A DNA stretch of 38,177 bases, taken from positions 1-38,177 of IMG/VR virus record IMGVR_UViG_3300005662_000004; one strand, 5' to 3'. The translations under genes and the position numbers were made by a program. Below the pieces are notes generated by a model. That model did not search any database. It worked only from the letters and a program-made list of their open reading frames with translations, and had not been told where the DNA came from. Shown piece after piece: positions 32,096 to 38,177 of this stretch (the stretch's first letter is position 1; the number at the start of each line of letters is the position of its first letter). Origin of the DNA: a virus. Its lineage: Duplodnaviria; Caudoviricetes.

Positions 32096-33655
32096 TTATG
32101 ACTGACGGCCAAAACGTGCCGCGTTGATTTCATTAATGCGCTCGGCCGTCATCGGGCCTGTGCTCTTCTGGTCATTTGTCACCACCGGCGCAAGCGTTGA
32201 GCGACGATTAGCTTTAACCATCTCGCTTGCTCCGATAAACAACAAATCTTTGTCTGCGCTGTCAAATGCCTTGCCCCCTAGCAAAACATCAATCACCGCT
32301 TTGCCGTCTGCTGTGGCGTAGGCCGCTTTGAGCGCCTTGTCTTTAACGTCCGCAGTCTTAACGATGCCTGGCGCAAGTATTTCAGCGCGTGCGATGGTGT
32401 CTGCGTCTTTGCACATGTCCATGCCTTCGCCTTCCTCGCCTTCCTCAGATACTTCAGCCCCTGCGAGTTTGGTTACAAGCTCTTCCAAGCGTGCCAAACG
32501 GCTCTCTAGCGTTGCCATTTCCTCGGGCGTGTGATCTTGCTCGGCTGAATCCTCGGGCTTGCCTTCCTCCGGTTTAACCTCGGCCGGCGCGTTCTCTTGT
32601 TTTGATTTCTCCAACGCCTCAACTCGCTTTACCAAAGCGTCAAGCATCTGCGAAGCGTCCATCTCTGGCTCTTCTTCCTTCATGTCCTCGTCGAATGCTT
32701 TATTAAGCATGCCCATGATCTTGTCTTTTAGCGTCATTTTGCTTTCCTCTTTTTTTGGTGCGTGGTCAAAGATGGCGCACTCAGAACCGCACCGCCCCGC
32801 CGCCACTAATGCTACGTGATTTCCAATGATTCCCTCTTGGCGACCCCTCCCGGGGGCCTCCTCGATGTACTCGGCTTCATAACCACAACTAACCTCACGC
32901 AGTCGTTTTGATTTCACTGCGCTGATCGCCTCAGCGTCGGTGATGAGTAGGTCTGCTAGTAGTTTGTCGGCGTCATCGCCTTCGCCTGGGCGAACGTTCT
33001 GCACCGTACCCACCGCCAGTTCTCGCCAATTTTCAGGGGTTACAAAGTCGTCAGGGTGATTGATGGTTACCGGCTTGCCCTCAAAGCTCGCTATTGTCTC
33101 GGGGTCTGTGATGTCCTCGATCGTGCGGCTCACGACCGTTGCACCTTTGCCTGCCGTGATGGGTGTCTCGCTTGGGTTGTAAAGTAAATCACCGGTGCGA
33201 GTAATAGGCACGCCCTCGCAAATCAGGAAACCTTCAGGGGTCTCGCTGATGCGCTCACTTAATTTCGCTGTTGAATAGAACCGTTTAGGGCTCACTGAAT
33301 CACCTGTTTTTCTCTTGGCCACCTCGATGCGTTCAATTATCGCCCGTGCCCATGACTGCCCCGAATCTCCGCCCCACAACGCCCACGCGATACGGCCCGC
33401 GCTCGGGTATCCTTCTTCCCCACGGTTGAACCCCTGCCCCTGCTTGTCGACCTCGTGACGGCTGAAGAATGAGTGCATGCGATTGATCGTGTCTAGGCTC
33501 AAATTCACCCTGTTCTTTATGTCTCGCGCACGTGCAACGCCCACCTCAGTGCCGCCTCGGTTGAATTCATCACGCCAAGCCAAACCACGTACCGCCTCGG
33601 CTGCCATTGCCTCGCTCGGCTTGTTGTCGATCTCGATTCCGTAAATCTTGAGCAT
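32096..33655 (-). CDS. DUF2213 prohead protease/scaffold-like protein with extra N-terminal domain
   Basis: TPEGFL.C..VPI.RTG...Y; SFEGKPVT..HP; EVSCGY.A; NHVALV..GRCG..C.I.D; acidic C-terminal half; start reassigned to 33655. Confidence 0.88.
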   Translation of the reverse strand: MLKIYGIEIDNKPSEAMAAEAVRGLAWRDEFNRGGTEVGVARARDIKNRVNLSLDTINRMHSFFSRHEVDKQGQGFNRGEEGYPSAGRIAWALWGGDSGQSWARAIIERIEVAKRKTGDSVSPKRFYSTAKLSERISETPEGFLICEGVPITRTGDLLYNPSETPITAGKGATVVSRTIEDITDPETIASFEGKPVTINHPDDFVTPENWRELAVGTVQNVRPGEGDDADKLLADLLITDAEAISAVKSKRLREVSCGYEAEYIEEAPGRGRQEGIIGNHVALVAAGRCGSECAIFDHAPKKEESKMTLKDKIMGMLNKAFDEDMKEEEPEMDASQMLDALVKRVEALEKSKQENAPAEVKPEEGKPEDSAEQDHTPEEMATLESRLARLEELVTKLAGAEVSEEGEEGEGMDMCKDADTIARAEILAPGIVKTADVKDKALKAAYATADGKAVIDVLLGGKAFDSADKDLLFIGASEMVKANRRSTLAPVVTNDQKSTGPMTAERINEINAARFGRQS

Positions 33656-33659
33656 GTAG

Positions 33660-34232
33660 TCAATCCTGTTCAATCCAGTTGAATCCCGCCACAATTTGCG
33701 CTGATTGGCTTGATGAATTGGTGATCTTAAATATGTAATCGGTTGACTTTTTAAGCATCCATTCGCCCGCTAAATTCTCGCCGCTCACATCCTTCTGCGT
33801 GCCCAACAATTGATCAATAAATAATCTTGTCCCATCGGCTGAAATTGTTGGGTTTGCGTACACCGTAAGCGTCGCCACATTTACCGCCTGCCGATTACGA
33901 TTAACAGTGGTTTGCGCTGCCCCTGTGCTGGTCACGGTGGGCGATTCAAAGAATTGAATGGTCATTGGCGCTTGGTCTGAATGGATAAAAAAATCATTCA
34001 TGTGCGCTGTGGTTGTACCTGTGCGCCCGAGAAAATAACCGCTCTGCCCTGCCGGTATGGTTGCGGTGGTGGTGTAAGCGAATGAAGTTCCGGCGTGCAC
34101 TGAACTGTGCTCGATGCCTACGATCTTCAGCGAACCGAACGGATCCACCACGTTATGAATCTCGTTCTCCTCGTTCACCATGCGCCCAGTCGTTGGGGTC
34201 AGGTTGTTAATAAGTGGGGTTGTTGCTTGCAT
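33660..34232 (-). CDS. Hypothetical beta-rich protein in head operon
   Basis: 190 aa, T/S-rich; H..VH.G; EW.LK..T.Y.FKITN; tightly packed between head genes. Confidence 0.75.
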   Translation of the reverse strand: MQATTPLINNLTPTTGRMVNEENEIHNVVDPFGSLKIVGIEHSSVHAGTSFAYTTTATIPAGQSGYFLGRTGTTTAHMNDFFIHSDQAPMTIQFFESPTVTSTGAAQTTVNRNRQAVNVATLTVYANPTISADGTRLFIDQLLGTQKDVSGENLAGEWMLKKSTDYIFKITNSSSQSAQIVAGFNWIEQD

Positions 34233-34234
34233 GT

Positions 34235-34960
34235 TTAATCCTCTCTGCCTGGTAGTATGACTTCAGCAAAACATCGACAGTTCCAAATCTCGCCCGGGTT
34301 GTGATTGCCCTCGCCCTCAATGTATGGCGGTTGGTCAAATCTGAACACCTCGCCGTCTAGCTCTGCGTGCTGCTCTCGCACGTCTCCGTCTCCAGCTGTG
34401 CGCCAGATGTAATGAGTAGCGCCCACGTACTGCGCTCGGGCTTGGGTAAATGCTGCGTTGGCCTTGGCCGTCTCGGTTCGTGCGATGAGTGTCGCCCGCC
34501 TCAGCGTGATGCCTTCGGTTTCTGCGATCTGCTTGGCGATCTCAGGCGCTCTGGCTCCGTTCATAGCCGCTTCTTGGGATAGCTTTTGCGCTCTCAAGCC
34601 TGCTTCAATCGGTAGTGACTTGATCAGGTTAACCTGCTCGGTTTGCAACTGTTTCGCCACTAGTCCCAGCCCCGACAATCTGAACTCGTCTCTAAGCGCT
34701 TGGGCTAGTTCCTTTGATTCGCCCATAAATGCCCGCTTGTTCCTGCGGCTCACGGATTCGATCATCTCGTTAACGATGCGCTCCGCCCACGGTGTGAGGC
34801 TCTCAGAGTACTTGGTTAGCTGCTCCATCATTTGCGCTGGGTTGCGGATAGTCGCCCCGTCTGTGCTCACCTTGATGAGCATGCCGACCGCCCGCGCGAT
34901 CTGCCGCAGCGATGTGGCAAACCTGCGTTCTATACCCCTCGGGCTCTCAAACTTGGACAT
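34235..34960 (-). CDS. Head morphogenesis protein (SPP1 gp7 / Mu F-like)
   Basis: RA.LIARTETAKA; YIWRTAGDG.VR..H..LDG..F..D.PP; PG.IWNCRC. Confidence 0.93.
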   Translation of the reverse strand: MSKFESPRGIERRFATSLRQIARAVGMLIKVSTDGATIRNPAQMMEQLTKYSESLTPWAERIVNEMIESVSRRNKRAFMGESKELAQALRDEFRLSGLGLVAKQLQTEQVNLIKSLPIEAGLRAQKLSQEAAMNGARAPEIAKQIAETEGITLRRATLIARTETAKANAAFTQARAQYVGATHYIWRTAGDGDVREQHAELDGEVFRFDQPPYIEGEGNHNPGEIWNCRCFAEVILPGRED

Positions 34961-36296
34961 TCTCAATGCTCGGTAGTGGTGGTGCTGCCTGTGCTTCTGC
35001 TATCGCCTGCTCAGTGATGTTTGTGAATATTCCTGTGTGCTCGGCTGATGCTCGCAGCTCTTGCATGGCTACGTCTTGGGTAATGATGCCAGAATCAAGC
35101 GCCTTGATTACTGTGTCCGTAATGCTTGCGCTGATCTCGGCTTTTTCCTTTTGGCTCGCTTGCCACAACGGGTTAAATTCAAAATCAAAATTACTCGGCG
35201 CTGGTCTACCAAGAACACTCTTATATAAGACTAGTAGCACACGGGTTAAACCCTCGCGCAGTCGGCTCTCTTGCTGGGCAATGATGTTGTCGTAATAGTT
35301 TCGAATGTCGCTCTCGCCAGTGCTGTTTAATCCTGCCGGCGATTGCCCAAATAGTCGAACAAGCGGGATGCCCAACGCCCCGCTGATCTGCTGGCCAAAC
35401 TGCAAAATCATGTCGCTCAGTCCGCTAAATGCGTAGCTGTGCGTTTGGAATTCGTCCTCTTTGTCGAGTAGCGTGATTCCCTCGTTCGTTTGAAGATAGC
35501 GCATGTGGTGGAACATGCTGAGTAGATTCTCTTCCGCCTTCCCGCCCGCTGCCAACACCTCACGCAGTTTATCAATCCGCACCGTTCGCAAATGTGCCTT
35601 TTGTAATAGGTTCATTGCCCCACTGGTTGCGCTGTCAAACGCTATTAGCCGATCTTGCAAGCGCTCGATGACTGATTCCCCCCAAAGCTCCTCAGTAATT
35701 GCTTGGTACGCTGGTAACTGAATCCCGATCATTCGAATGATGCGGGTGTGGTGGATTCTGAAGCGTGGCGCCGCTCCCGTGGTGATGTCGCTAACAACGT
35801 TGTAAAACGCTGGCATGCCGTCATCAATTCCACCTTGTACCAATTGCGTTAAATCTGGCTGAAGCTGCCAACGGTCATAAACCTTCAAGCCTTTGAATTG
35901 GTTTAATCCTACCGTCTCCAAATCCAGTGGGGTTGATGTGTCCTGCCCGTCGATCACCATCAAGGCAACTGCACCACCGTAAAGCCTCGACCACTTGATC
36001 AAGTCGAGTAGCCCACCCCAAATACCCAGCTTGGTTAGCTTGGATTGCAGCTGCTCCAACTCCTGCGGCTCGTCGCTGCTCTTGATCTGTATGCCCGCCC
36101 TTGTCATATCCTCGGCCACGGCGTCAACGGCTGCTCCGACTATCCAGCTACCCCGATACATGGCCTCTAGCTTCATCCGGTTGCGGGTTAATAGGTTAAA
36201 TGTATAAGTTGAATCGCTGGCCACGTTCTGGGCTCCGAGTCCCATTCGCCCCGTCAGGTTTATGAATCCGTCGTATGTAGCTGTTTTCTCGGTCAT
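34947..36296 (-). CDS. Portal protein (DUF1073-like)
   Basis: L..MYR.SW....VD.VAEDMTRAG; W.RLYGG; IH.TR; FSGL; IPLVRLFGQSP.GLNSTGESD.RNYYD; F.FNPLWQ; ATGA-coupled to terL. Confidence 0.92.
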   Translation of the reverse strand: MTEKTATYDGFINLTGRMGLGAQNVASDSTYTFNLLTRNRMKLEAMYRGSWIVGAAVDAVAEDMTRAGIQIKSSDEPQELEQLQSKLTKLGIWGGLLDLIKWSRLYGGAVALMVIDGQDTSTPLDLETVGLNQFKGLKVYDRWQLQPDLTQLVQGGIDDGMPAFYNVVSDITTGAAPRFRIHHTRIIRMIGIQLPAYQAITEELWGESVIERLQDRLIAFDSATSGAMNLLQKAHLRTVRIDKLREVLAAGGKAEENLLSMFHHMRYLQTNEGITLLDKEDEFQTHSYAFSGLSDMILQFGQQISGALGIPLVRLFGQSPAGLNSTGESDIRNYYDNIIAQQESRLREGLTRVLLVLYKSVLGRPAPSNFDFEFNPLWQASQKEKAEISASITDTVIKALDSGIITQDVAMQELRASAEHTGIFTNITEQAIAEAQAAPPLPSIENVQV

Positions 36297-37756
36297 ATCA
36301 TGCGCTCCCAAACGCTCAATTTATTCTGCTGCCCCAGCATTTCATTTATCGCATCAATCATCGGGTCAATCTGGTCATCATGCGGGTGTGTGTCGTCGCT
36401 CGTGAATGATTCGCATTCGGCGAGAAAATCACTTAGAAACGGCGCCCCTTCTGGTAATGATACTAGGCCGGCCTCGATGTAGCCCAAAACATCTAATAAG
36501 CGGGTGTACTTGTCCCGCGTGCGCTCGATGCCTGTGATTGGGATGGCGTGCTTGGTCTTTAGCCCTTGGATCAGTCCTGTGCCGCTTGCTTTATCCTCGA
36601 CCCGCATCTTCTGAAGTGCCCCCAGTAGTACGCTATCGGCTGCCTTGTGCTTTTGCCAAAATGCCAACGCCCTGCGCTCCAGCTCCGGTGCTTCCCACTT
36701 TCCTCGGATTAAATCGATCAAGTACAAATTGCCATCTTCCCCATGCCCCCAGCACTCAAAGACGCTGTAATCATTGCGCTCGGCGGTTTTCTGTGCGGTG
36801 TCGGCGAATATCTGGCGGGCTTCGAGTCGTGGTAGTTCCTTGTGCTGCTTGAACCACGTGGTCTTGATCACGTTTCCCCCACGCATGGCTGGCCGCTGCT
36901 GAAGCTGTCCGGCTGCTGCTATGGTTAACGACTTCTCCAGCTCCTGCACCTGTCTTTCACTGAACCGCTCGGGAAACATTAGCTCGCCCTCTGTCTTTCG
37001 CGGGTCACCTGTACCAACTACCCATTTACTCCTGCCCTTCTCGTACCTCATCGGAATTTGCAAATGCTCATAACCCAATTCAAGCGCAACGTCTGAAACG
37101 TCCCCCACTGCTAGGCGCTGCATGATGATGATGATCGCGCTTTGCTCGTTGTTAACTCGGCTCGGTAGTGCTTCTCTGAATGTGGTGATGTCGGTCTTCA
37201 GCTTCTGACGGCTGTTCGCATCGTCCACGCTGTGCGGGTCATCCAAAATAACCCGATCGCCACGGGCGCCGGTCATTGAACCAAACGCCATTGACTCTCT
37301 GAATCCTGTCCGGCTATTCTCAAACTTGGTTTTAGCGTTCTGGTCTCCAGTCAACTGAATTGGCCATAGCTTTTGATACCAAGCCGACTGAATTAACCGT
37401 CGGCTTTTTGTGCTGTCTCGAACCGCCAAATCTTGCTTGTGGGCTGTGGATAAGTAGCGCAGCTCCTGTCGGTCTTTTGCCCCCCATTCCCATGCCGGCC
37501 AAATAACCCCCGTTAATAGGCTCTTCATGCTACCCGGTGGAACATTCATCAATAGCCGCTTAATCTCGCCACTGGTGACGGCTTCCAAGTGTTCACATAT
37601 CGCATCGACCGCCCACCCCCACATCATCGGCGTGGCTGGCTCTAGAAAATGCCAAGCTCGATGCGCAAAATTCCTTAGGCTCCTGCTGCAATACTCCCGC
37701 TCAACCTCGATTAACTGGTCTGCGGTTAACGTGATTTCAGTCGGGATTCGTCGCAT
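36293..37756 (-). CDS. terL: Terminase large subunit
   Basis: NVPPGSMKS Walker A; ILDDPH Walker B; IMQRL; QQRP; nuclease DTAQK..D.S, EDKASG, HDDQID. Confidence 0.96.
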   Translation of the reverse strand: MRRIPTEITLTADQLIEVEREYCSRSLRNFAHRAWHFLEPATPMMWGWAVDAICEHLEAVTSGEIKRLLMNVPPGSMKSLLTGVIWPAWEWGAKDRQELRYLSTAHKQDLAVRDSTKSRRLIQSAWYQKLWPIQLTGDQNAKTKFENSRTGFRESMAFGSMTGARGDRVILDDPHSVDDANSRQKLKTDITTFREALPSRVNNEQSAIIIIMQRLAVGDVSDVALELGYEHLQIPMRYEKGRSKWVVGTGDPRKTEGELMFPERFSERQVQELEKSLTIAAAGQLQQRPAMRGGNVIKTTWFKQHKELPRLEARQIFADTAQKTAERNDYSVFECWGHGEDGNLYLIDLIRGKWEAPELERRALAFWQKHKAADSVLLGALQKMRVEDKASGTGLIQGLKTKHAIPITGIERTRDKYTRLLDVLGYIEAGLVSLPEGAPFLSDFLAECESFTSDDTHPHDDQIDPMIDAINEMLGQQNKLSVWERMI

Positions 37757-38177
37757 CTAGTATTTGTTTAAGCGCCTCGTCCGTCAATTTCTTGGTGTTA
37801 ATGTTGAACTGGGCGATTGTTCCCGTGATCTCGTGCTTAACGGCTGCGTTGTAACCGTGCATTGCGTTAAGCTCTTTAACCGCCGCCGTCATGCCTGTGG
37901 ATTGCTGCCGCTCCTGTGCTACTGCGTAGGCCTCTTTCAACGCTTGTACGCTTTCCTCGCGCGTCCAAAGCGCCTTTGATTCTAGCTTCTGTCTTAGTTC
38001 GGCTACCCTCTGGGCGACCTCTGGACGTGCCATTACTTTGCTCGCGCTGTCCCAAATACTTGCCGGCTTTGTATCTGGTCTTGGATTGTAAGCTGTTCGG
38101 TATGCATCGGCCTGGGTCATACCGTCCGCAATGCATTGTGCAAACTTTTCTTTTTTATCCGTTAATTTTAATGCTTT
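37737..38177 (-). CDS. terS: Terminase small subunit (true start at 119 across the circular junction; ~149 aa)
   Basis: F...IA.G.TQADAYR.AY; AS......V..RV.EL; A.KELN.MHG; overlaps the terL start. Confidence 0.88.
   Translation of the reverse strand, partial: KALKLTDKKEKFAQCIADGMTQADAYRTAYNPRPDTKPASIWDSASKVMARPEVAQRVAELRQKLESKALWTREESVQALKEAYAVAQERQQSTGMTAAVKELNAMHGYNAAVKHEITGTIAQFNINTKKLTDEALKQILDATNPD
38068..38177. repeat. Terminal direct repeat copy 2
   Basis: Identical to 1-110. Confidence 0.95.

Noticed and set aside
14994-37979. Numerous plus-strand and alternate-frame ORFs over the late operon (e.g. 27780-28583, 34458-34976)
   Set aside because: Antisense or frame shadows of well-supported structural genes, with no RBS or motifs
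1-38177. tRNA genes, introns/inteins, stop-codon recoding, methyltransferases
   Set aside because: No cloverleaf noticed; terL, dnaB and MCP are uninterrupted and normal in length under the standard code; no MTase motifs seen. This was manual inspection only, so tRNAscan and HMM searches would be definitive

Overview
The window is an apparently complete, circularly assembled ~38,067-bp tailed dsDNA phage genome. Bases 1-110 repeat exactly at 38068-38177 and split the terS gene. The late operon runs on the minus strand (119 through the junction to 12137) and is myovirus-type: terS, terL, DUF1073-like portal, head morphogenesis, DUF2213, DUF2184-like capsid, DUF3383-like sheath, tube, a -1 frameshifted tail chaperone, tape measure, baseplate, several fibre proteins, and lysis genes with an embedded thermonuclease. 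The early region is lambdoid-like and divergent: cro-like, DUF1376 initiator, dnaB, ninB, ninG leftwards; Sak-type annealase, YqaJ exonuclease and accessory genes rightwards. I found no integrase, CI repressor, tRNA, CRISPR array or reverse transcriptase. The most unusual signals are a ~370-nt multi-pseudoknot non-coding element (717-1090) flanked by catalytically degenerate HNH-like genes, two further kissing-loop elements (6111-6213, 7927-8030), and a mosaic array of Ala-rich paralogs plus a DUF6948-like/Gly-repeat pair punctuated by a repeated 13-bp core. A possible daisy-chain of fibre adaptors and several apparently leaderless genes also stand out. All family names come from motif recognition by eye, not from database searches.
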